DNA from: an uncultured Actinomycetota bacterium | Lineage (GTDB): Bacteria > Actinomycetota > Humimicrobiia > Humimicrobiales > Humimicrobiaceae | NCBI GenBank assembly: GCA_964560595.1 | Contig: CAZLME010000002.1 | Coordinates: 1-37,061 of the forward strand | Direction of reading: 5' to 3' | DNA: 37,061 nucleotides | Shown here: piece after piece, positions 19,345 through 28,577 of the stretch | Position numbering within the stretch: the stretch's first letter is position 1 | Layout of the letters: each line of letters starts with the position of its first letter | Program-made: the position numbers and the translations under genes | Notes under the pieces: generated by a model | Told to the model about the DNA's origin: nothing | The model's database searches: none | The model's input: the letters and a program-made list of their open reading frames with translations, nothing else

Positions 19345-19665
19345 ATTTACGCGATAATTACAAGCGGTGGAAAACAATATAAGGTAGAAGAAAATAAAGA
19401 TATAGTAGTGGAAAGAATAGAGGGCAAAGAGGGAGATAAGATTACTCTTTCAGAAGTCAATCTTATCAGTGACGGCAGCAAAGTAGAGATAGGAGAACCT
19501 TTTGTGCCTGCGGCTGAAGTAAAAGCTACTATAAAGAAACAGATAAAACAGGATAAAGTAATTGCCTTTAAATATAAACCCAAGAAAAGATACAGAAGGA
19601 AAGTAGGGCACAGGCAGTTGCTTACAATAATACATCTTGATAAAATAAACGCAAAAATAAAATAA
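19345..19665 (+). CDS. rplU: 50S ribosomal protein L21, apparently initiating at ATT
   Basis: Reading from ATT 19345 gives (M)YAIITSGGKQYKVEENKDIVVERIEG..., which matches the conserved L21 N-terminus. GGAGG (19334-19338) lies 6 nt upstream. There is an in-frame TGA at 19327. The first canonical start (GTG 19408, the track ORF) would delete 21 conserved residues. Confidence 0.85.
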   Translation: MYAIITSGGKQYKVEENKDIVVERIEGKEGDKITLSEVNLISDGSKVEIGEPFVPAAEVKATIKKQIKQDKVIAFKYKPKKRYRRKVGHRQLLTIIHLDKINAKIK

Positions 19666-19705
19666 ATTTAAGATAAACATAAGTTAATAATAACAGGAGC
19701 AAATT

Positions 19706-19957
19706 ATGTCCAGTAAAAAAGGTGTGGGGAGCAGTAGAAACGGTAGAGACAGCAAGCCAAAATATTTGGGTATAAAAAAATCCGGAGGCCAGTCTGTAGT
19801 TGCCGGAAATATTATTATAAGGCAGCGAGGGACAAAATACAGACCCGGTATTAATGTGGGCGTGGGCCGGGATTACACTCTTTATGCTCTTTCCAACGGT
19901 AAAGTTGAATTTATTAAAAACAGCAAAAAGGGCAAGGTAGTAAATATCATTTCATAA
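19706..19957 (+). CDS. rpmA: 50S ribosomal protein L27 (no N-terminal propeptide)
   Basis: [24 protein letters not shown]... is the canonical mature-type L27 N-terminus. AGGAG lies upstream. Confidence 0.95.
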   Translation: MSSKKGVGSSRNGRDSKPKYLGIKKSGGQSVVAGNIIIRQRGTKYRPGINVGVGRDYTLYALSNGKVEFIKNSKKGKVVNIIS

Positions 19958-19970
19958 TATTCTTCTTATT

Positions 19971-20567
19971 TTATAATACTCCTGCAAAATGCAATATAAC
20001 CCCAATTGCACCGGCAGCCAGAATTACCAGAATTGGATGTATTTTGTTTAAAAATAACGCTATTAAACTTACTATTGTAATTGCTATGGCAGCAGGATTT
20101 ATGGTCTCCAGAATATGACTTCCTGAACTTATATTCAATAGATCCCTGATGCCTGTTCCTTCTTTAAAGTATGTGTTTATGGCTACGAATAAAACGGCCT
20201 TTATGATCAATGCCAGCACTACAGGTCTGATTCCATAAAGAGTGTCTTTTATTATTTGTCTTTGTTGATATTTGGATAAGAAAATATAAATCCCTAAAAT
20301 CAAAATAAATGACGGCAGGACCACTCCGATAGTAGCAAACGCTGCACCAGGAATTCCCCCTACTCTGTATCCGATAAAAGTAGCTGTGTTTATAGCAATC
20401 GGACCCGGGGTCATTTCCGAAATGGATATTATATTTACGAATTCCTGACCGGTAAGCCAGCCGCGGGTTACTATTTCTCTTTCAATAATGGGGATCATCC
20501 CATATCCTCCGCCAAAACTAAATAGGCCTATTTTAAAGAAAATAAGTAATAATTCAGGGTGAATCAT
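19971..20567 (-). CDS. chrA: Chromate transporter family protein, short-chain CHR (second gene of pair)
   Basis: 198-aa polytopic protein with the CHR signature FSFGGGYGMIPIIEREIV. It overlaps its partner by 4 nt. Confidence 0.85.
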   Translation of the reverse strand: MIHPELLLIFFKIGLFSFGGGYGMIPIIEREIVTRGWLTGQEFVNIISISEMTPGPIAINTATFIGYRVGGIPGAAFATIGVVLPSFILILGIYIFLSKYQQRQIIKDTLYGIRPVVLALIIKAVLFVAINTYFKEGTGIRDLLNISSGSHILETINPAAIAITIVSLIALFLNKIHPILVILAAGAIGVILHFAGVL

Positions 20568-21121
20568 TTTTGCTTTTTCCTCATCTTAATGATCCGGAAT
20601 CCGTAATATATTAGACCAAATAAAATTCCCATTATGACAACATAGATAGGGTGAATCCTGGTTCCAATGAGCAGAATCAGAGCCGCGGCTGTTATTATTG
20701 GACTTATTTTATCTTTTATACCTGCTTTCCATATTCTAACGACTGCGAAAATCAGCAGTGCCACTATAGCTGCGCTTATTGCTTTGAGAGCGGCTATAAC
20801 TGCTCCAATATTACTTATATAGATAAAAAATCTTGCAACGAGAAGGATGATCAAAAAAGATGGAAGTGTTACACCGAGAAGAGCAAGTAAGGCGCCTGTG
20901 TATCCTCCGATTTTTCTCCCTACTAAAATAGCCAGGTTTACGGCAACTGCCCCGGGGAAAGCTTGTGAAATAGATAGAATATCGATCATTTCATCCGGCG
21001 AGATCCATTTTTTCTTATCGACCAATTCCCGTTCGATTAAAGGGATCATGGCAAATCCCCCTCCGAATGTAAAACTTCCTATCTTAAGAAAAGTAAGAAA
21101 TAATATCCATATTTTTTTCAT
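20564..21121 (-). CDS. chrA: Chromate transporter family protein, short-chain CHR (first gene of pair)
   Basis: 185-aa polytopic protein with the CHR signature FTFGGGFAMIPLIERELV. The paired half-size genes resemble the B. subtilis ywrA/ywrB arrangement. Confidence 0.85.
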   Translation of the reverse strand: MKKIWILFLTFLKIGSFTFGGGFAMIPLIERELVDKKKWISPDEMIDILSISQAFPGAVAVNLAILVGRKIGGYTGALLALLGVTLPSFLIILLVARFFIYISNIGAVIAALKAISAAIVALLIFAVVRIWKAGIKDKISPIITAAALILLIGTRIHPIYVVIMGILFGLIYYGFRIIKMRKKQK

Positions 21122-21210
21122 TATTTCTTATTTTAGAGAATAATCGCAAAAATTTACATACTAAGGTGAAGATTCTGTTTATTATATGCAAATTGACAAT
21201 TTTTATTTGC

Positions 21211-21238
21211 TTGACTGGTAAAATTCTTTCTGTAATAT
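21211..21238 (+). promoter_or_regulatory. Possible promoter for the dehydrogenase genes
   Basis: TTGACT (21211-21216), 16-nt spacer, TAATAT (21233-21238), in the 170-nt divergent spacer between chrA and the first dehydrogenase. Confidence 0.3.
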
Positions 21239-21291
21239 TTAAGTAATATATTTAATGGTTGATTTCTATGACAACTCTTGAGGATTGATTT

Positions 21292-22329
21292 ATGAAAGGC
21301 AAAATGAAGGCGCAGTTATTTTATGGACCCGGGGATGTGAGATTTAAATATATAGATATACCGGAGATAGAAGATAACGGGGTACTGGTCAGGGTAAAGA
21401 GTGCCCTTACCTGTGGTTCGGACCTGAAAACTTACAGGAGAGGTCACCCGACCATGATAAAAAAAGCTTCAGTCTTTGGCCATGAATGGGCGGGAGACAT
21501 AGTAGAAACAGGCAGTAAAGTAAGCCGGTTTAAAACAGGGGACAGGATCGTGTCGGCAAATACTGCACCCTGCAACGGGTGTTATTACTGCAGGCTGGGC
21601 AGATACTCTCTCTGTGAGAATCTTATATACAATAACGGCGCTTATGCAGAATACATAAAAGTACCTGGAAGGATATTAGAGAAAAACACCTACAGGATAC
21701 CTGAGGGGATAGATTATAAAGAAGCGGCACTTCTGGAGCCGCTTGCCTGTGTGGTGCACGGTATAGAAGAATCCAATATCAATGCTGGCGACACAGTAGT
21801 GATTAATGGAGCAGGTCCCGTGGGCCTTATGTTTGTAGTCCTTGCCAGATTAAAAGGTGCCACTGTAATATCGGTGGATCTATCCGATGAAAGGCTGGAG
21901 TATGCGGGAGTACTCGGGGCAGATCATGTTATTAATGGTTCAAGAGTAAAAAACCAGGTTCAGGCGGTAAAAGAACTGACTGAAATGGGCAGAGGTGCAG
22001 ATATAGCAATTGATGCCACCGGAATCCCGGAGGTATGGGAAATGACTATCCTTATGGGAAGAAAAGGGGCGGTTATAAATCTTTTCGGGGGCTGCATGCC
22101 GGGCACTTCAATTAAAATAGATACGGCATTGCTCCATTATTCGGAGCTTACGGTAAAAGGCGTGTATCACCATACTCCCTTATATGTAAAAGAGGCATTT
22201 GATTTGATAACATCGCGCCGCATCGATGCAATTAAATTTATAACCGCAGATATGCCTCTTGAAAAACTGGTAGATGCACTGGAACTCATGGAGCAGCAGA
22301 AAGGGATAAAATATAATATTTTTACATGA
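21292..22329 (+). CDS. Zn-dependent medium-chain dehydrogenase/reductase (sorbitol/threonine dehydrogenase-like)
   Basis: Catalytic-Zn ligands CGSD and GHE. Structural-Zn cluster CNGCYYCRLGRYSLC. Rossmann motif GAGPVG. Substrate cannot be determined from sequence. Confidence 0.85.
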   Translation: MKGKMKAQLFYGPGDVRFKYIDIPEIEDNGVLVRVKSALTCGSDLKTYRRGHPTMIKKASVFGHEWAGDIVETGSKVSRFKTGDRIVSANTAPCNGCYYCRLGRYSLCENLIYNNGAYAEYIKVPGRILEKNTYRIPEGIDYKEAALLEPLACVVHGIEESNINAGDTVVINGAGPVGLMFVVLARLKGATVISVDLSDERLEYAGVLGADHVINGSRVKNQVQAVKELTEMGRGADIAIDATGIPEVWEMTILMGRKGAVINLFGGCMPGTSIKIDTALLHYSELTVKGVYHHTPLYVKEAFDLITSRRIDAIKFITADMPLEKLVDALELMEQQKGIKYNIFT

Positions 22330-22386
22330 TTATTATACAATTGTCATATATCTAGAAAAACTTTTAAAAACTATTATTAGATTATT

Positions 22387-23409
22387 ATGAAGATGAAAGC
22401 TTTACTATGCTACAGCCAGGATAAGTTCAGGCTGGAAGAAATAGACAGGCCTGAAATACAAAAAGACGAGATGCTGATAGAAATGATTTATACTGGCTTG
22501 TGCGGTTCGGATATTGTTAAAATCTTTGACACCAAAGTGAAAAAACCAGCGGTTTTCGGGCATGAGGTTGTGGGCAAAGTGGTTGAAACAGGAGAGAATG
22601 TAACCAAGTTTAAACCGGGAGATATAGTGGTTACCGCTCATCACATACCCTGTTACCGGTGCCGTTACTGTTTGCACGGCAGCCATTCAATGTGCAGGCA
22701 TTTCCAAGAGACTAATATATATCCGGGGTCGTTCTGCCAGTATATAAAGCTGTCAAAAGAACATGTAGACCATACTACTTTTAAAATCCAGCCGGGTTCT
22801 GATCTTCTGGAATTATTGTTTGTAGAACCGCTGGCATGCTGCATAAGGGCTATGGATAAAATTAAAATTTTAGATAATGACATTTTTGCAGTGGTAGGGA
22901 CAGGAACTATCGGGATGCTATTTATACAACTTATCAATTTATCCGGGGGGAGGGTTGTGGCAATTGATCCCGATGAAAATAGATTATCTCTGGCAGGTAA
23001 GCTGGGAGCGGAACATACCATAAACCCGTTAAAATATAATATACACGATGAAATCAGAAATATCACTCCTGAAGGTATTGATACAGCAGTTCTTTCTGTC
23101 ACAAAAAAAGATACGCTGGGCGAAGCTCTCCTGTATATAAGAGACGGTGGTACAATTATTATTTTTGGGGCTTCGGGAAGAGAGAGTAAAATAGAGGTTG
23201 ATTTTGAAAATATATATAAAAGAGAACTTTTAATTACAAGTTCTTACTCGGCTACTCCCGAAACACTGAAGAGGGCTTATAATATAATAATTAAAAAAGA
23301 AATAAGATTATCACCTCTGATACCGGAAGTAATGCCGCTTTCGGATTTTAAGAAAGGTTTGGACCTGATGCTGCAGAAAAAAATATATAAAGCCATTTTT
23401 AAAATCTAA
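22387..23409 (+). CDS. Zn-dependent medium-chain dehydrogenase/reductase, second divergent paralogue
   Basis: CGSD, GHE, structural-Zn cluster CYRCRYCLHGSHSMC, Rossmann motif GTGTIG. Confidence 0.85.
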   Translation: MKMKALLCYSQDKFRLEEIDRPEIQKDEMLIEMIYTGLCGSDIVKIFDTKVKKPAVFGHEVVGKVVETGENVTKFKPGDIVVTAHHIPCYRCRYCLHGSHSMCRHFQETNIYPGSFCQYIKLSKEHVDHTTFKIQPGSDLLELLFVEPLACCIRAMDKIKILDNDIFAVVGTGTIGMLFIQLINLSGGRVVAIDPDENRLSLAGKLGAEHTINPLKYNIHDEIRNITPEGIDTAVLSVTKKDTLGEALLYIRDGGTIIIFGASGRESKIEVDFENIYKRELLITSSYSATPETLKRAYNIIIKKEIRLSPLIPEVMPLSDFKKGLDLMLQKKIYKAIFKI

Positions 23410-23568
23410 AAAATATATGGCTGCAAGATATAGCTCATGAAAAATTCCCATAAATATTAAATATAGTTTATTATATATTTATAATATTAATAATATAATT
23501 ATGCTTTGAAATATTATTAACTGTAAAAAACCGGGCTTAAATAATAAACTTAGTTTTTTTAAATAATT

Positions 23569-24876
23569 ATGTTTTTAGATGAGGCAAAAATTAATATAAA
23601 AGCAGGAAACGGCGGGGATGGCATGGTTGCCTTTTTCAACTTAAAAGACGGGAGAAAGAAAATTCCCAGTGGAGGAAGCGGTGGAAAGGGCGGTAATGTA
23701 ATTATAAAAGCATATGAAAACCTGAGTACTTTATATGGATTTAAAAAGAAAATACATTTCAAAGCGGAAAACGGTAAAAGGGGAGGGCCAAATAACAGAA
23801 AAGGGGAAGATGCCGAAGATCTGATCATAAAGGTTCCGGTTGGGACTATAGTCAGGGATAATAAAGGAGAAATAATTTCAGACCTCGACAGAGCAGATTA
23901 TGAAATAATCATAGCTGAAGGGGGGACAGGCGGCAGAGGAAATGCAAGTTTTACATCTTCTAAAAGAAGATTTCCTGCGTTTGCCGAAATAGGCGAAGAA
24001 ATGGAAGATTTCTGGATTAACCTTGAGCTGAGGCTTGTAGCAGATGTATCGCTTGTCGGGTTTCCTAACTGTGGTAAATCAACGATAATAAGCCGTATAT
24101 CGGCAGCCAGGCCAAAGATAGCTGACTACCCTTTTACAACATTGACTCCAAATTTAGGTGTGGTGACTGTAGATGATGAAGACTTCGTAATAGCTGATAT
24201 CCCGGGACTTATAGAAGGGGCTCATAAGGGCACGGGTCTGGGGGATAAATTTTTAAGACATATAACCAGGTCTATTTTACTGGCATTAGTTCTTGATGGG
24301 CAGAGAATCATAGATGAAAGAGAAGACATTATAGAGACCTTCAATGTTTTAAGAGAAGAAATAAGATTATACAATATGAATTTATACAATAAAGATTATA
24401 TTGTCCTGATTAATAAGATTGACTTAATCCCAGATAATGATAAGTTGAATAAAATAAAAAAGATCCTCGAACGTAAGAGCGGTAAAAGCGTTTTACTTAT
24501 ATCAGCATTTACAGGCCAGGGCCTTAATGAGATGGTATGGTATCTATACGGGAAATTAGCTGTATACAGAAAAGAAATCTATGAGAGCAAACTGGCAAAA
24601 TCTGGAAAGCCTGATAAAGTAAAAGTCTATAAATTAAGCGACAAAGACCGGGAATGGGAAAAATTTGAAGTCGAGAAGAAAAATGAGGAATATATTGTCA
24701 AGAATAAGAAACTGGAAAGGCTTGTAGCAATGACCGACCTGGAAAATGAAGAAGCGCTTGATTATTTAAAATATAGACTGGATAAAATTGGCGTGGGTGA
24801 CAGATTAAAAAAATTGGGCATAAAAGAAGGAAGCACTGTTATAATCGGAAAGCTTGTTTTTTTACTTGAAGATTAA
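23569..24876 (+). CDS. obg: GTPase Obg/CgtA
   Basis: N-terminal Gly-rich Obg fold (MFLDEAKINIKAGNGGDGMV...GGSGGKGG). G1 GFPNCGKST, G3 DIPGLIEGA, G4 NKID. C-terminal OCT-type extension. Confidence 0.95.
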   Translation: MFLDEAKINIKAGNGGDGMVAFFNLKDGRKKIPSGGSGGKGGNVIIKAYENLSTLYGFKKKIHFKAENGKRGGPNNRKGEDAEDLIIKVPVGTIVRDNKGEIISDLDRADYEIIIAEGGTGGRGNASFTSSKRRFPAFAEIGEEMEDFWINLELRLVADVSLVGFPNCGKSTIISRISAARPKIADYPFTTLTPNLGVVTVDDEDFVIADIPGLIEGAHKGTGLGDKFLRHITRSILLALVLDGQRIIDEREDIIETFNVLREEIRLYNMNLYNKDYIVLINKIDLIPDNDKLNKIKKILERKSGKSVLLISAFTGQGLNEMVWYLYGKLAVYRKEIYESKLAKSGKPDKVKVYKLSDKDREWEKFEVEKKNEEYIVKNKKLERLVAMTDLENEEALDYLKYRLDKIGVGDRLKKLGIKEGSTVIIGKLVFLLED

Positions 24877-24898
24877 ATTTTATTTGGGAGGAAAGCAA

Positions 24899-26038
24899 TT
24901 GGAAATAGATAGAAATAAATATCTTAAAGATATTAAAAAAATAGTTGTAAAGATTGGGTCCAGCAGCCTGACTTCCGAGAAGGGAAGGCTTAATAGGGAC
25001 AGTATAAAAAAATTTGTTGATGAGGTAAGTTTGCTTGCCGGAAAAGGAATGGAAATAATAATAGTTACAAGTGGCGCCATTGCAGCAGGTCTGGAAAGCC
25101 TTGATGTAATAGAAAGACCCAGGGATCTGACCCTTCTCCAGGCAGCCGCTTCAATTGGCCAGGTTGAACTTATGAACCTGTACGGCGATTTGTTCTCAAT
25201 AAATAATATAAAGGTAGGACAGATACTGCTGACTCACGAAGATACAACAAGAAGGGAGCAGTACCTCAATATAAAAAATACTATAAGGAATTTGATAGAG
25301 TTAAAAGTTATACCCATTATCAATGAAAATGACAGCGTGGCTGCAGATGAAATAAAATTTGGAGATAACGACAGCCTGGCTGCCATGGTAGCTGTTCTGG
25401 CCGAAGCAGATATCCTGGTGATTTTAACGGATATTAAAGGTATGTATGACAAAGACCCCAGGATTTACAGTGATGCCAGGTTACTCTCGTTTGTAGATAG
25501 GATAAACAAAGATATAGAAGATATGGCCGGAGGTATTGGGTCTACTTATGGCATCGGAGGAATGCAGTCAAAAGTAAAGGCTGCAAAGATTTGTTCTTTT
25601 TCCGGTATAAATACAGTAATTGCAAGCAGCGAGGTAGAAAATGTTTTAAGTAAAGTTATATCAGGGAAAAATACAGGTACTTTTTTTGTTCCACAGGTAG
25701 AGAAAAAAGTAAAAAGTGTCAAAAAGTGGATTGCTTTTGGAAAAAGAACAAAAGGTGCCATAGTAATTGATAAGGGTGCGGAAGAGGCCGTCTTAAATAA
25801 AGGAAAGAGCATACTGGCAGTTGGCATAATAGAAGTAGAAGGTAAATTCAGCAAAGGAGATACGTTAAAAGTACTATCGGTCGACATGAAAATTATTGCA
25901 AAGGGGATCACTAATTTTTCAAGTGAAGAAATAGAAAAAATAAAGGGTAAAAATAGGAATAAAATTCTATCCGAGTTTGATGCTTCCATGTGTGATGAGG
26001 TGATCCACAGAGATTGCCTGGTGGTTTTTAATGAATAA
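24899..26038 (+). CDS. proB: Glutamate 5-kinase with C-terminal PUA domain
   Basis: Amino-acid-kinase N-terminus (VVKIGSSSLT) and a PUA-like C-terminus (KGAIVIDKGAEEAV...GDTLKV). I trimmed the track ORF (24854) to in-frame TTG 24899, 7 nt after GGGAGG (24886-24891). Confidence 0.9.
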   Translation: MEIDRNKYLKDIKKIVVKIGSSSLTSEKGRLNRDSIKKFVDEVSLLAGKGMEIIIVTSGAIAAGLESLDVIERPRDLTLLQAAASIGQVELMNLYGDLFSINNIKVGQILLTHEDTTRREQYLNIKNTIRNLIELKVIPIINENDSVAADEIKFGDNDSLAAMVAVLAEADILVILTDIKGMYDKDPRIYSDARLLSFVDRINKDIEDMAGGIGSTYGIGGMQSKVKAAKICSFSGINTVIASSEVENVLSKVISGKNTGTFFVPQVEKKVKSVKKWIAFGKRTKGAIVIDKGAEEAVLNKGKSILAVGIIEVEGKFSKGDTLKVLSVDMKIIAKGITNFSSEEIEKIKGKNRNKILSEFDASMCDEVIHRDCLVVFNE

Positions 26039-26087
26039 TTTCATTCATTGTTTTATGTTATAATAGATTAATAAACCGGAGGAATGG

Positions 26088-27344
26088 ATGGACATAATAC
26101 TGGAGATAGCAAAAAAAGCAAAAGAGGGTACAAAATTTATCTCTAATGCCGGTACTAAGATAAAAAACAAAATACTTTCTGATATTTCAAAACATATTAT
26201 ATCCGCAGCAGAAGAAATCATTAAAGAAAATGAAAAGGACATAGGTGCATCCAGGCATGAAGGAGCATCGGGAAGTTTAATAGACAGATTGAAACTTGAT
26301 CTGGAAAGAATAGAAAAAAAAGCAGAGAGTATAGATAAAGTCATTAAATTCAATGACCCGGTGGGAGAGGTAATTTCCGGCTATAACCTTCCCAATGGTT
26401 TAATTTTAAAAAATATCAGGGTTCCGCTTGGAGTTATCGGGATAATTTATGAAGCAAGACCGGAGGTTACAATTGATGCGTCAGTTTTATGCCTTAAGGC
26501 AGGAAATTGTGTTATTTTAAGAGGAAGTTCCCATGCATTCAATACCAATAAAAAACTGGTGGAAGTAATGGGCAGGGCCCTAAGGGACAATAATTTTCCG
26601 GAAAGTATTATACAGATTATTCCTACTACCGATAAGGAAGACGTGGTAAGATTAATGCAGTTACGGCAGTATGTAGATGTCCTTATACCGCGGGGTGGTA
26701 AAAGCTTAATTGACAGTGTAGTTGAAAATTCTAAGATACCTGTCATTGAGACAGGGATAGGCAACTGCCATGTTTATATAGATAATATGCTTGAAGGCGT
26801 AAGTCCGGAGATAATTGCAGGGATAGTAATCAATGCCAAAACCCAGCGCCCGAGTGTATGTAATGCAGCCGAAAAATTGCTGGTACACAGAGATGTTGCA
26901 CAGAAGATACTGCCTTTTATACTTAAAAAACTTGAAGATAAGAATGTAAAACTTCTTGGATGTCCCGAAACCAGAGAAATATATCCGTCCATAGAGTTAG
27001 CTTCAGAGGAAGACTGGTACGAGGAATATCTTGACTATAAGATGGCAGTTAAAGTAGTCGGTAGCATTGAGGAAGCGGTGGCTCATATAAATAAATACAG
27101 CTCGCACCATACTGAAACCATAATAACATCAGACTATAAGAGTTCTATTTATTTTACCGGAGAAGTGGACTCAGCGGCAGTTTTTGTAAATGCCTCCACA
27201 AGATTTACAGATGGAGAACAGTTTGGGATGGGTGCTGAAATCGGTATAAGTACCCAGAGACTTCACTGGCGCGGTCCCATGGGTTTAAGAGAACTAACCA
27301 CCAATAAGTTTATAGTATTTGGTAATGGCCAGATAAGGGAATAA
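26088..27344 (+). CDS. proA: Gamma-glutamyl phosphate reductase
   Basis: 418-aa ALDH-fold protein with the catalytic Cys in PSVCNAAEKLLVH. GGAGG lies 5 nt upstream of the ATG. It follows proB. Confidence 0.93.
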   Translation: MDIILEIAKKAKEGTKFISNAGTKIKNKILSDISKHIISAAEEIIKENEKDIGASRHEGASGSLIDRLKLDLERIEKKAESIDKVIKFNDPVGEVISGYNLPNGLILKNIRVPLGVIGIIYEARPEVTIDASVLCLKAGNCVILRGSSHAFNTNKKLVEVMGRALRDNNFPESIIQIIPTTDKEDVVRLMQLRQYVDVLIPRGGKSLIDSVVENSKIPVIETGIGNCHVYIDNMLEGVSPEIIAGIVINAKTQRPSVCNAAEKLLVHRDVAQKILPFILKKLEDKNVKLLGCPETREIYPSIELASEEDWYEEYLDYKMAVKVVGSIEEAVAHINKYSSHHTETIITSDYKSSIYFTGEVDSAAVFVNASTRFTDGEQFGMGAEIGISTQRLHWRGPMGLRELTTNKFIVFGNGQIRE

Positions 27345-27345
27345 A

Positions 27346-27981
27346 TTGGGGGAAAAAAGCAGGCAATATAAAAAAATCGGGATTATGGGAGGAACGTTTA
27401 ATCCTATCCATCATGGCCACCTTGTCACAGCTCAGGAAGCATTAAACCAATTTAAACTTGATATAGTGATTTTTATACCTACAGGCAGTCCGCCGCATAA
27501 GGTAAAAGATGAAATAGCAAGTGCTGAAGACAGATATATTATGACTGTTATAGCCACTTCTTCAAACAGTAATTTTTTTGTTTCAAGGATAGAGATAGAT
27601 AAAAAGGGTAAATCATACACTATAGATACTGTCCGCAGGTTAAAGAAAATATATGGAAGAGATTCACTGCTGTATTTTATAACGGGTGCCGATGCCATAC
27701 TGGAAATACTTACATGGAAGAATACAGAGGAAATTGTATCACTCTGTAAGTTCATAGCGGCAACAAGGCCCGGATATGACCTGACCCGGCTGGAAGAATT
27801 GAAAGGCAGTTTATTCAATAATGCGGCAGAGGTCGATAAGAAAGTATTTGTGATGGAAATACCCGCTCTTTCCATTTCTTCGACCGATATAAGGAATAGA
27901 GTAAAATATAATAGGCCGATAGATTATTTGGTACCCGAAGGAGTAAGCAACTACATATTAAAAAATGGACTTTATAAGTGA
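27346..27981 (+). CDS. nadD: Nicotinate-nucleotide adenylyltransferase
   Basis: GIMGGTFNPIHHGH nucleotidyltransferase motif and ISSTDIR. TTG start lies 1 nt after the proA stop. Confidence 0.9.
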   Translation: MGEKSRQYKKIGIMGGTFNPIHHGHLVTAQEALNQFKLDIVIFIPTGSPPHKVKDEIASAEDRYIMTVIATSSNSNFFVSRIEIDKKGKSYTIDTVRRLKKIYGRDSLLYFITGADAILEILTWKNTEEIVSLCKFIAATRPGYDLTRLEELKGSLFNNAAEVDKKVFVMEIPALSISSTDIRNRVKYNRPIDYLVPEGVSNYILKNGLYK

Positions 27982-28576
27982 TTTTCCCTTAACAGGCAAT
28001 CAAAAAAAATACCTTAAGGAACTGGCAGAAAAAATTAAAAATGTTATGCCCGGTTCGCTTTACGAGCATTCTATAAATACTCTGGAATATGCAGGTGTTA
28101 TTGCTGAAAGATTTTTACCTGATTTTGATTTTTTTAGTTTAAGCATAGCATGTATTCTTCATGATTATGGTAAAATATATAGTTATGAAGAACTTGTTAG
28201 GATAGCAAAGGAAAATAAGCTTGAAATCAGCAGCTTTGAATTAAAAACACCTCCGCTGCTGCACAGTTTTGTAGGCGATTATCTGGTTTCAAGGGATTTC
28301 AATATTTCTGAACTTAAAATACTAAAGGCAATAAAGTTTCATACAATCGGGCATTGTGATATGAGCCCTGAGGATAAAATTCTATTTATTGCCGATAAAA
28401 TTGAGAAAAGCAGGAATTATGACGGAGTAGAATGTTTAAGGGCTCTTGCCTTAAAAAATATAAATTTATGTTTATTAGAAGTCTATAAAAATAATATAAT
28501 ATATGTTGTAAAGAAGAATAAGCTAATGCATCCTGATACGGCCAGGATCTGGAATAATATTTGTGGAGGTACTTAA
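27965..28576 (+). CDS. yqeK: HD-domain phosphohydrolase YqeK (Ap4A hydrolase family)
   Basis: HS...ACILHDYGK HD motif. The conserved nadD-yqeK adjacency supports the call. It overlaps nadD by 17 nt. Confidence 0.8.
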   Translation: MDFISDFPLTGNQKKYLKELAEKIKNVMPGSLYEHSINTLEYAGVIAERFLPDFDFFSLSIACILHDYGKIYSYEELVRIAKENKLEISSFELKTPPLLHSFVGDYLVSRDFNISELKILKAIKFHTIGHCDMSPEDKILFIADKIEKSRNYDGVECLRALALKNINLCLLEVYKNNIIYVVKKNKLMHPDTARIWNNICGGT

Positions 28577-28577
28577 T

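Noticed and set aside
20651-21143. Plus-strand ORFs 20651-20890 and 20847-21143, opposite the first chrA gene.
   Set aside because: They are antisense shadows of a polytopic membrane gene that carries a clear CHR signature. Their translations are Cys/Asn-rich with no motifs.
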